Of a stretch of DNA of 61,805 nt, positions 1 through 6,880 are shown one piece after another. Numbering within the stretch: position 1 is the first letter of the stretch; the number at the start of each line of letters is the position of its first letter. The position numbers and the translations under genes are program-made. Source of the stretch: a virus (Duplodnaviria > Caudoviricetes); IMG/VR virus record IMGVR_UViG_3300030099_004395, positions 1-61,805 of that record; one strand, written 5' to 3'. Below the pieces are notes generated by a model, which had not been told where the DNA came from, did not search any database, and saw only the letters and a program-made list of their open reading frames with translations.

Positions 1-45
1 TGAATCACATATAAGATTAGACTCCATTTTATTAAATTTTTTCAT
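1..45 (-). CDS. hypothetical early protein, 5' part (runs off window start)
   Basis: ATG at 45 reads MKKFNKMESNLICDS; starts 5 nt downstream of repeat motif A. Confidence 0.55.
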   Translation of the reverse strand, partial: MKKFNKMESNLICDS

Positions 46-50
46 ATTGT

Positions 51-83
51 TATTATCTAATAGTGTTCGTATTTAGTTTGTAA
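51..83 (-). promoter_or_regulatory. motif A copy 1, putative early promoter
   Basis: minus strand TTACAAACTAAATACGA-N8-AGATAATA; ungapped match to four other copies. Confidence 0.7.
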
Positions 84-507
84 TATTTTGTTTTACTTTA
101 AATAGTATGTCTCCATGGTGTTCATGGAAGAATTCAAACCATTCATCTTCAAATACATCATAACCTGCTTCAGTTAAGTAGTTTTCATGTTGAAAAACAT
201 ATCTTCTACCCATTTCATCACATATCATTTCAAATAATGTGTCGTCAAAGTGTTTTAGTATTTTTTCTGCTATAGCAGTTTTAGCGTGTTCTATATCGTC
301 TTTTGTATATTTACTTGGATTCATTTCTTTTTTTTTCATTTCTTCTGGCCAAAACTTTTTAGATCCTTCAGCTCCTGCTTTGTCAAGATCTTCTTGATGG
401 ATATCACCATCGTGTTCGTCGGCTTTGTGTATATTAGCTATACCTTCATAGCTTTCTGAAGGTTTCCAATGTGGATTTACTTGTCTTAGTTTGTTTAAAT
501 CTGCCAT
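73..507 (-). CDS. hypothetical acidic early protein
   Basis: 144-aa ORF in tightly packed minus-strand operon. Confidence 0.75.
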   Translation of the reverse strand: MADLNKLRQVNPHWKPSESYEGIANIHKADEHDGDIHQEDLDKAGAEGSKKFWPEEMKKKEMNPSKYTKDDIEHAKTAIAEKILKHFDDTLFEMICDEMGRRYVFQHENYLTEAGYDVFEDEWFEFFHEHHGDILFKVKQNITN

Positions 508-508
508 A

Positions 509-727
509 TTATCGTAGCATTGTGCCGTAGCCTTTACGGCGTGTTAGTTTAGCGATGCGCTCTGCATCTGCTCGAGACAATATTTGTATACTATTGCCTG
601 TTTTATGGTTAATAACTGGTGCACAACCATACTTTTCTATTGTAGAACATGCTACACAGTTGTTGTAACCATACTTAATTCTTACCGGGTGGATCTCATT
701 TCCACATTTACATATTTGATTTTTCAT
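509..727 (-). CDS. DksA/TraR-like C4 zinc-finger protein
   Basis: CKCGNEIHPVRIKYGYNNCVAC resembles the TraR/DksA zinc finger; start moved to MKNQ at 727 because the upstream part is structured RNA. Confidence 0.55.
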   Translation of the reverse strand: MKNQICKCGNEIHPVRIKYGYNNCVACSTIEKYGCAPVINHKTGNSIQILSRADAERIAKLTRRKGYGTMLR

Positions 728-880
728 AGAGCGAGAGAGAGGAGTCGAACCTCTCATGTCTAGAACAGTCTGCATGTCAGTATTGTTTCAACTTTAGATG
801 CACCTGACCTCGCTGTCCAAGCTGAGCCGTCACTCAGCCCCACGGTTTTTCTTCTTCACCGCTACGACACGGTGGGTTGA
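727..880 (-). ncRNA. tRNA-like structured RNA, non-canonical
   Basis: T-arm GAGAGG-TTCGACT-CCTCTC; acceptor-like GCGAGG/TCTCGC; 3' end T-CTA; upstream hairpins GCTGAG/CTCAGC and CACCG/CGGTG; GC-rich island between ORFs. Confidence 0.55.
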
Positions 881-889
881 AGTTGTGGT

Positions 890-1060
890 TTAGTTAATTA
901 CAAAAGTTAAACCTTTGTAGTTGAACCATGAGTTACACTCGTCTGGTATATTGCTTATTGTATAGCCTTTTACTATTTGACTTACTTTCTTTTGTGTTAT
1001 AGTTTCCCAGCTGATCTTTACTTTAGATCTATCACTGGGATAAAATTTTATTGTTTTCAT
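890..1060 (-). CDS. small hypothetical protein (56 aa, MKTIKFYPS...)
   Basis: ORF read manually; fills operon gap. Confidence 0.6.
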   Translation of the reverse strand: MKTIKFYPSDRSKVKISWETITQKKVSQIVKGYTISNIPDECNSWFNYKGLTFVIN

Positions 1061-1074
1061 ATATGTATAATCAA

Positions 1075-1308
1075 TTACTTATCGTTATTAGTTTGTAATA
1101 ATTTTCGTTGTTTTTCAATAAACATTGTGTAAAGCATTAGCTGTCTTACACTAATAAGACCAGTATTATAGTCAAATTCTACCATTTGTTCCATTGCATC
1201 TAAGTTTTTATACACTTTTTTAACATTTCCTTGTTCGTAAAGTGTTGTTTTCATAGATTTTGTGGTAGAACAACTAGTTAAAGCTATTAAAATTAATAAT
1301 TTTTTCAT
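1075..1308 (-). CDS. putative lipoprotein
   Basis: MKKLLILIALTSC signal peptide with lipobox Cys. Confidence 0.6.
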   Translation of the reverse strand: MKKLLILIALTSCSTTKSMKTTLYEQGNVKKVYKNLDAMEQMVEFDYNTGLISVRQLMLYTMFIEKQRKLLQTNNDK

Positions 1309-1472
1309 TTTGTATATGTAATTTTATTTACTAGTTTTCTAACTTCCGCGCCAAATTCTTGATCATTAGGAAACTTATTTGCTAGTTCATTTATCTGTAG
1401 CCATCTAATTTTAGCAAGCTTATCATATTCTGTATCTTTCCATGCTGTTCCTAGGAATACTTCGTTACTCAT
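1305..1472 (-). CDS. small hypothetical protein (55 aa, contains PNDQEFGAEVRK)
   Basis: ORF read manually; ATGA overlaps with both neighbours. Confidence 0.65.
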   Translation of the reverse strand: MSNEVFLGTAWKDTEYDKLAKIRWLQINELANKFPNDQEFGAEVRKLVNKITYTK

Positions 1473-1672
1473 AGCTCTTCAAATTTTATAATACCACCAT
1501 CATCAAACCAAGTTAACTCTGGATCTATAATTAATTCACCTTCGTATATTTTTCTTGCTTGGTTGTAAGCATATTGCCATTTTTGAGTTTCAGTACCTGC
1601 TGTTTGCCTAGTACCATAGTATCCGGCTAAAATATCTTTTGTTATAGCCTCTATTGCTTGTATTTCAGTCAT
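1469..1672 (-). CDS. hypothetical protein
   Basis: ORF track; coupled to neighbours. Confidence 0.65.
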   Translation of the reverse strand: MTEIQAIEAITKDILAGYYGTRQTAGTETQKWQYAYNQARKIYEGELIIDPELTWFDDGGIIKFEEL

Positions 1673-1853
1673 TATTTATTATATCTTCTAATTTATATTG
1701 TAAGTTTATATATTCTTCGCAAGTTTCTATCATTTGCATTGCTGCTCTCATCTCTGATCCGCCGCTTTCTAACTCACCATCTTCTAGTGCCATTACACAG
1801 TCTTGTAAATCTCGCAGAGTGTTCTCAAATCTGCAGTAACTCATATTTGCCAT
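1665..1853 (-). CDS. hypothetical phage protein (MANMSYCRFENT-type)
   Basis: ORF track; N-terminus recalled as a common phage small-protein motif. Confidence 0.7.
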   Translation of the reverse strand: MANMSYCRFENTLRDLQDCVMALEDGELESGGSEMRAAMQMIETCEEYINLQYKLEDIINND

Positions 1854-1855
1854 AT

Positions 1856-2026
1856 TTATTTTATTAGTGCGTTAATTACTTTAGTTATTAGTTTGTCAGC
1901 GTCTTCAACATACTTGTCATCTGTTTCAGTGTAACCTAGTTCTTCAAACATGTAGTAGTCTAGCTCGTTGTAAAGTACAGTGACTAACCTGTCACATACT
2001 CTATCTATTACTTCTTGCTCAGTCAT
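1856..2026 (-). CDS. small acidic hypothetical protein (56 aa)
   Basis: ORF read manually, MTEQEVIDRVCD... Confidence 0.6.
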   Translation of the reverse strand: MTEQEVIDRVCDRLVTVLYNELDYYMFEELGYTETDDKYVEDADKLITKVINALIK

Positions 2027-2310
2027 ACTAGATCTAGTTTATTAATTAGTTCTTTAGATTTTTGTCTTAACATGGCATCACCGTGATTGTCTAGTATCAT
2101 TCTATGTAATACATTTTTTACTTTAGTAGTTCCACTTACCATAAAAGTTCTTGCATCACTTGCATTACTTTCTGTGAAGTCATAGAATGAAGATCCACCA
2201 TACTTATCTGATAGTTTGTTTAAGTCAGCGATGAAGTTTTCAACTATTACACTTACTTCTTCATTTATTTTACCTTGAAGTGCTTTTTCTATTGCGTTAG
2301 TAGTTTTCAC
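2023..2310 (-). CDS. hypothetical protein
   Basis: GTG start overlapping upstream stop. Confidence 0.65.
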   Translation of the reverse strand: MKTTNAIEKALQGKINEEVSVIVENFIADLNKLSDKYGGSSFYDFTESNASDARTFMVSGTTKVKNVLHRMILDNHGDAMLRQKSKELINKLDLV

Positions 2311-2456
2311 TTTTTCTTAGTTTTTAAGTCATTATACGCTTTTTTCAACTGAGCGATTTCAGTTTGACACTTTCTTATTTGTTCTTTGTTACCAGTTTTC
2401 TGATAGAATTGTGTCCAAGAGTACAGATTTTCTAGTTTTTTTGTTATATCTCTCAT
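2307..2456 (-). CDS. small hypothetical protein (49 aa)
   Basis: ORF read manually, MRDITKKLENLYSW... Confidence 0.55.
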   Translation of the reverse strand: MRDITKKLENLYSWTQFYQKTGNKEQIRKCQTEIAQLKKAYNDLKTKKK

Positions 2457-2620
2457 TAGAATAAGAAATTATACCAAAAAACAAATAGATTTTTAAGAGC
2501 TATTATCATTGTTGGCACCCATATTGCTAAGAATATAGTTGTCATGATCGTAGCATATATCTTTAGCATTTTTTCTTCAAATGCTTTGATACAAAAGTTG
2601 ATTATTGCTTTTTTAACCAT
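2456..2620 (-). CDS. small membrane protein (54 aa)
   Basis: hydrophobic stretch IYATIMTTIFLAIWVPTMIIAL. Confidence 0.55.
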   Translation of the reverse strand: MVKKAIINFCIKAFEEKMLKIYATIMTTIFLAIWVPTMIIALKNLFVFWYNFLF

Positions 2621-2879
2621 TGTTATATTTTTTGATTTTGTTGAATAACTCGTGTATTTCTTCGTTTGGAAAGGTAGAATACACCTCGTCTACCTTGTCT
2701 TTGACATAGTCAAATGTAAATTCGTTTGGTTTAACACCGTAATGACTTACAATTAAATCTCTTTTGTCATAACCATAAGGACTATGGTATGAATTGAAGA
2801 TCTGTAGCTTCATGTCTCTGCCATAATTGAGTATCATAGCGTCAAGATTTTTTGTAGATATGTATGTTACGTTGTTCAT
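2613..2879 (-). CDS. hypothetical early protein
   Basis: ORF track; ATG 5 nt downstream of motif A copy 2. Confidence 0.7.
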   Translation of the reverse strand: MNNVTYISTKNLDAMILNYGRDMKLQIFNSYHSPYGYDKRDLIVSHYGVKPNEFTFDYVKDKVDEVYSTFPNEEIHELFNKIKKYNNG

Positions 2880-2884
2880 ATTGT

Positions 2885-2917
2885 TATTATCTTTACTTGT
2901 TCGTATTTATATTGTAT
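2885..2917 (-). promoter_or_regulatory. motif A copy 2
   Basis: ATACAATATAAATACGA-N8-AGATAATA then ACAAT-ATG, same spacing as copy 1. Confidence 0.7.
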
Positions 2918-3120
2918 AGTTCGATAAGTAGATCTTCAGTTCTATTTAAGTTATCTAAGTAGTATTTTGCTTCTTCTTCGCTTATTCTACCATTATTTAT
3001 ATCTTCTCTTATCCAAGTTTTCTGATCTTGTACATTATCTATTGCTTCACTCCAGTGAGATTTTTCAGGTAACTCATAAGGTTGAAGTAGTTGTGCTATA
3101 GTTATTAGTATTTTAATCAT
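2893..3120 (-). CDS. hypothetical protein
   Basis: ORF track. Confidence 0.6.
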   Translation of the reverse strand: MIKILITIAQLLQPYELPEKSHWSEAIDNVQDQKTWIREDINNGRISEEEAKYYLDNLNRTEDLLIELYNINTNK

Positions 3121-3201
3121 TGTCTAGTATTTCTTTTATACTTGTTACTAAAATTGTTAAAGTTACTATTGCGGCGAACGCAATTGGTGCTGCTAAAAAT
3201 A

Positions 3202-3396
3202 TCATAGTATTTGATTTAGTAGGTGATACAATTCATCTTGTTTAGTTTTAGGTAGATCTACATAGTTAGTTTCACCTGTGTAACCACCAAGATGATTAAT
3301 TACTTGCTGAGTCATTTCAGCTTGATGTACTGTTTTTGCCATTTCGTCAAATGCTTTTGACCATGACCAGTTTGAAGGATTGTTAGGATTATACAT
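3202..3396 (-). CDS. hypothetical protein
   Basis: ORF track. Confidence 0.65.
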   Translation of the reverse strand: MYNPNNPSNWSWSKAFDEMAKTVHQAEMTQQVINHLGGYTGETNYVDLPKTKQDELYHLLNQIL

Positions 3397-3565
3397 AGTG
3401 TTCAGTTTTTAAATTATATACTTTGTAAATACATTTAGTTATATCTATATCTATTTCTTCAAGGAAGTCGATAAAGTCATCAGTTAGATTAGGTGAGTCA
3501 TTGTACTGATAAGTAGTTTCACCATCAGGAAGTATGATCTCGAACTCGTATTCAAAGTTGTTCAT
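3389..3565 (-). CDS. small acidic hypothetical protein (58 aa)
   Basis: ORF read manually, MNNFEYEFEIILPDGE... Confidence 0.55.
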   Translation of the reverse strand: MNNFEYEFEIILPDGETTYQYNDSPNLTDDFIDFLEEIDIDITKCIYKVYNLKTEHYV

Positions 3566-3583
3566 AGTTATTATTTAATTAGT

Positions 3584-3685
3584 TAGTAACCGAGCGAGGA
3601 ATCGAACCTCACTACCAACCATTTCGGCTATGTGGTGCACTCGTTCATATTTGATTTACCAGTAAACGAGTAGAACTAACTGGAC
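3584..3685 (-). ncRNA. H-type pseudoknot followed by tRNA-like minihelix
   Basis: P1 CCAGT/ACTGG and P2 ACTCGTT/AACGAGT; then AGCCGA...GTGAGG-TTCGATT-CCTCGC-TCGGTT-A-CTA. Confidence 0.6.
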
Positions 3686-3697
3686 TATTTAGTTTTA

Positions 3698-3934
3698 TTA
3701 AGATATTTCACTTAATTCTCTGCAAAACTTTGGTACAGTGTTTGAGTTAGTATAGCTACCATATTCTTGAAAGCATGGCATTGACTCAAACTTTTCTTGA
3801 AATGTAGTATATATTTCGTCGTGATCATAAGTGAATGTTTGATCTTTTTTGTTAGTGAAAGTGATTATTACATTTTCGCCAATTAGAGTTTTTCTGATTA
3901 CAAATCTTTTAGTTGTTAATTTAGAATTTTTCAT
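3698..3934 (-). CDS. hypothetical early protein
   Basis: ORF track; downstream of motif A copy 3. Confidence 0.75.
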   Translation of the reverse strand: MKNSKLTTKRFVIRKTLIGENVIITFTNKKDQTFTYDHDEIYTTFQEKFESMPCFQEYGSYTNSNTVPKFCRELSEIS

Positions 3935-3966
3935 AGTTTATATATTTATTTATTATTAGTTTATAT

Positions 3967-3999
3967 TATTATCTTTACTTGTTCGTTATTAGTTTGTAA
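3967..3999 (-). promoter_or_regulatory. motif A copy 3
   Basis: TTACAAACTAATAACGA-N8-AGATAATA. Confidence 0.7.
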
Positions 4000-4104
4000 A
4001 GGTGATTGTTTGTTTATTAGTTAAAAATTAGTTTATAGTCTTACACTTGTTTTCACAATAACTTACATAGTTATTAAATATATTTATATTTAAGTGTATA
4101 ATTA

Positions 4105-4245
4105 TTAGTTTTTATAGTCAGGTAAATCATTATGATGTTGCATAAACTTGTAATGCATTGGGTGGTTTGTATAATGCCAGCCGAGTGTAAGCATTTCATA
4201 AAGTGATTTAATTTCTTTAGTTTGTTTTTTAGTTAAGTTATTCAT
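4105..4245 (-). CDS. small hypothetical protein (46 aa)
   Basis: ORF read manually, MNNLTKKQTKE...; downstream of motif A copy 4. Confidence 0.4.
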   Translation of the reverse strand: MNNLTKKQTKEIKSLYEMLTLGWHYTNHPMHYKFMQHHNDLPDYKN

Positions 4246-4272
4246 AATTAGTTTATTTAATTTTTATATTTA

Positions 4273-4305
4273 TATAATCTTATTTGAGTCGTATTTACTT
4301 TGCAA
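4273..4305 (-). promoter_or_regulatory. motif A copy 4
   Basis: TTGCAAAGTAAATACGA-N8-AGATTATA. Confidence 0.65.
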
Positions 4306-4441
4306 TTAAAATATTATATTTAGTAATTGATAGATGAAGTTAATAAACATAGTGAATAAGAATACGAGTGAAATGTTGAAAGTTATTAGTTTTAATTTAT
4401 ACATGTTAATTTATTTTTAGTTTTTAATTTAATTACATATA

Positions 4442-4474
4442 TATAATCATATGCGAGTCGTAATTACTTTGTAT
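4442..4474 (-). promoter_or_regulatory. motif A copy 5
   Basis: ATACAAAGTAATTACGA-N8-TGATTATA. Confidence 0.65.
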
Positions 4475-4654
4475 GATCGCACGTATAAAATATATAACAC
4501 AATATTATTACGATAAAAAATCAATATATATAATAAAATTTTAAAAATAACAAGGGGGCCCGCAATTATATATTTCAATTTCGTTTTATGACGCAATTAT
4601 ATTTTGGGGTGGGCTACGCTATAGCCCCAGGTATCTAATATTATTTTATTTTAC

Positions 4655-4702
4655 TGTGACATTAGCCTATAAAGTATACCTAGTAGTAGGCTTGTGTCAC
4701 AC
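4655..4702. repeat. inverted-repeat site B, copy 1 (candidate origin or operator)
   Basis: TGTGACATTAGCCTA-N17-TAGGCTTGTGTCACA; second copy at 60338-60383. Confidence 0.7.
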
Positions 4703-4811
4703 TTTACTAAATGTAAATTACTCAATTTACCTGTAAATACTATAATTATAACTCATATGTAGAAATGCATGCGAAATAGGATTAAAAAACAAACTACAAA
4801 AATTATCAATT

Positions 4812-5513
4812 ATGCCAAGTATGGAAAAAATGGAGGATTCTCCAGCATTGCTTAAAAAAATGAGAGCTAAGAAGAAAGCTCGTAAAGCAAAGCGATTAGA
4901 AAAAAGAGCTAAGAAAGCTTCTTCTAGAGGTAACGAAGCTAAAGCAGCTAAACTTAGAGGTAAAGCTGAAGGTAAAAGAATAAAAGCTAAAGGTTTAAGA
5001 AAATCAGCAGCTGAGAAAAAAGCTAAAAGAAAAGTTCTTAAGAGTAAAGCTAAATCTGCAGTTAAAGCTGGTTTAGGTAAAGCTAAAACTGCTGCTAAAA
5101 AAGCTGCTGGTAGTAAAGTAGCTAGTAAAATTAAAAAGGCTGCTGGAAAAACACCAGTTGGAAAAGCGGTTAAAGCTGTTAAGAAAGCTGCACCTAAAGT
5201 AAAAGCTGGAGTTCAGAAAGCGGCTACTAAAGTAAAAGCGGCTGGAAAAGCATTTGCTGCTGCTAAGTACGATCAACCAGGTATGTATAACAAACCTGCA
5301 ATGTATGATGGACCAGGTGGACAAGAAACTCCTAAATTAGGAAGAATGTCTATGCAACCTCAACCAGGCATGTACGGTAAAGGATCTAAGATTTCTTACG
5401 GTGGTGGTGCTGTAACAAGCATGAAAATGGGTGGCATGAATAAACACGCTGGTAAATCTAACCAACCTGGCATGCATAAAATGCCTAGCTTTATTAAAGG
5501 TAGAAAAAAATAA
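4812..5513 (+). CDS. Lys/Ala-rich histone H1-like basic protein with PxMY-repeat tail
   Basis: KKAA/KAK low-complexity region; tail carries QPGMY, KPAMY, QPGMY and QPGMH. Confidence 0.75.
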   Translation: MPSMEKMEDSPALLKKMRAKKKARKAKRLEKRAKKASSRGNEAKAAKLRGKAEGKRIKAKGLRKSAAEKKAKRKVLKSKAKSAVKAGLGKAKTAAKKAAGSKVASKIKKAAGKTPVGKAVKAVKKAAPKVKAGVQKAATKVKAAGKAFAAAKYDQPGMYNKPAMYDGPGGQETPKLGRMSMQPQPGMYGKGSKISYGGGAVTSMKMGGMNKHAGKSNQPGMHKMPSFIKGRKK

Positions 5514-5519
5514 AATACA

Positions 5520-6500
5520 ATGGCGATAATATATACTTACCCGAAAAAGGCAAGTGTTGAAGCTACTGATACTTTTTTGATAACTGATAGCGCTGACAAT
5601 AACACTAAAACTGTTAGCGCTTCAGCTATTGCTTCTTACATCGATGATGAAGTAGATCTACAAGAGGTATTAAATAAAGGAAACACAGCCTCACAAGACA
5701 TAAATTTAACAGGTGATTATAACGGATCTGGTAATATAAACTTATCAGGTAAAATATCAATCAATGGAGCAGCGCAAGGAATATTTTTAGATGATCCAAA
5801 TATACAACAGATATCTAAAAATTCAGGTCCTATGCGAGTTATAACTTTGGGTGGAGATTTAGAGTTAGTATCAGTTACTGACGGTATATCTTTAAGAGCT
5901 GACAATGGTGGATTCTCAATAGACTCGAGTTCAGCAGACTTAGATTTAAGTGTTGTTAACTTTAATATGGTAGCTACTGAATCAAACATAGAAGCTGACA
6001 CTGTTATAGTAGGAAATACAACAGCTGGTGGTAAAGTTAGAATACGAGGTGGTAGTGGCGGTAGTGGTTATTATCCAAATTTAATAACTGATGAGTTTTC
6101 ATTTAATGGACATGTTAGATTTAATCAAGTAGTAAAAGATGTAAACGGAACAACAGGTGGTGCTGGTCAAGCATTGCTAGCTGTGGCAGGTGGTAAAGTA
6201 CAGTGGACTACTTTAAATTCACAAACACTAACACAAAATCAAATACTAGTAGGTAATGCATCAAATGTACCTACAGCAAGTGGATTGATCACAGCTGATA
6301 TAACAACAGACAATATTACAATAGGAGTTTCTACTTCTGAGGTTTCTGTTCTTGGTAGTTTAGATATACCTACAAATGGTGGAACTAAATTAGCTACATC
6401 GTCAGGTAAGCGTGGCGAACTAGCTTTTGATAGCAACTACATGTATATATGTACATCAACTAATCAATGGAGAAGAATACCATTAGAATTAATTCCTTAA
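5520..6500 (+). CDS. fibre-like virion structural protein
   Basis: G/S/T/N-rich beta composition; C-terminal GELAFDSNYMYICTSTNQWRR motif typical of phage fibres. Confidence 0.6.
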   Translation: MAIIYTYPKKASVEATDTFLITDSADNNTKTVSASAIASYIDDEVDLQEVLNKGNTASQDINLTGDYNGSGNINLSGKISINGAAQGIFLDDPNIQQISKNSGPMRVITLGGDLELVSVTDGISLRADNGGFSIDSSSADLDLSVVNFNMVATESNIEADTVIVGNTTAGGKVRIRGGSGGSGYYPNLITDEFSFNGHVRFNQVVKDVNGTTGGAGQALLAVAGGKVQWTTLNSQTLTQNQILVGNASNVPTASGLITADITTDNITIGVSTSEVSVLGSLDIPTNGGTKLATSSGKRGELAFDSNYMYICTSTNQWRRIPLELIP

Positions 6501-6513
6501 ATAACCGAACTAT

Positions 6514-6530
6514 CAAGTGATAGTATATAA
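6514..6530 (+). promoter_or_regulatory. motif C, putative middle/late promoter
   Basis: CAAGTGATAGTATATAA, intergenic; recurs at 19021, 29524 and 36056. Confidence 0.5.
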
Positions 6531-6560
6531 TAACCAACGTTTAACATAAAACCAAATACA

Positions 6561-6848
6561 ATGACGTTTTTATATACCCGCACTAATACGTGGAATAGTG
6601 CACCACAACCAACGGAAAAGACCATTAAACTATGGGAACATATCTCAGAAAAGAAAAACTGGAGAATAGTTCAATTACCTAATGGATACTTACAAACCGA
6701 ATACAAAGACACCGATGACAATTGGCACGATGTTACTAGAAGAGAAACAATACAAGGAGCTGAACAAGCAATAGATGCATCGATAGAGCATTACAATAAA
6801 AAGCTTGAGTTTCTAAAAGGGCCAAAAGTAGTCAAAACCTTTGAATAA
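6561..6848 (+). CDS. hypothetical phage protein
   Basis: ORF track; A-rich start context. Confidence 0.75.
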   Translation: MTFLYTRTNTWNSAPQPTEKTIKLWEHISEKKNWRIVQLPNGYLQTEYKDTDDNWHDVTRRETIQGAEQAIDASIEHYNKKLEFLKGPKVVKTFE

Positions 6849-6880
6849 TATTCGACACAAATATAATTTAATTAAATACA

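Noticed and set aside
728-775. N-terminal extension of ORF 509..775
   Set aside because: Overlaps the T-arm of the structured RNA; MKNQ at 727 is the more plausible start.
727-814. Canonical tRNA genes at 727-814 and 3584-3630
   Set aside because: No proper D arm or anticodon arm, and the ends read CTA rather than CCA; reported as tRNA-like RNAs.
3630-3685. Assignment of the pseudoknot to preQ1 riboswitch, pistol or theta ribozyme
   Set aside because: Only superficial matches; the conserved cores could not be placed by eye, so a covariance search is needed.
51-4474. Motif A as CRISPR repeats or host TAnnTTTG promoters
   Set aside because: Spacing is irregular (about 170-2800 bp) with genes in between; the TTTG is on the non-coding strand and lacks the TAnn spacing.
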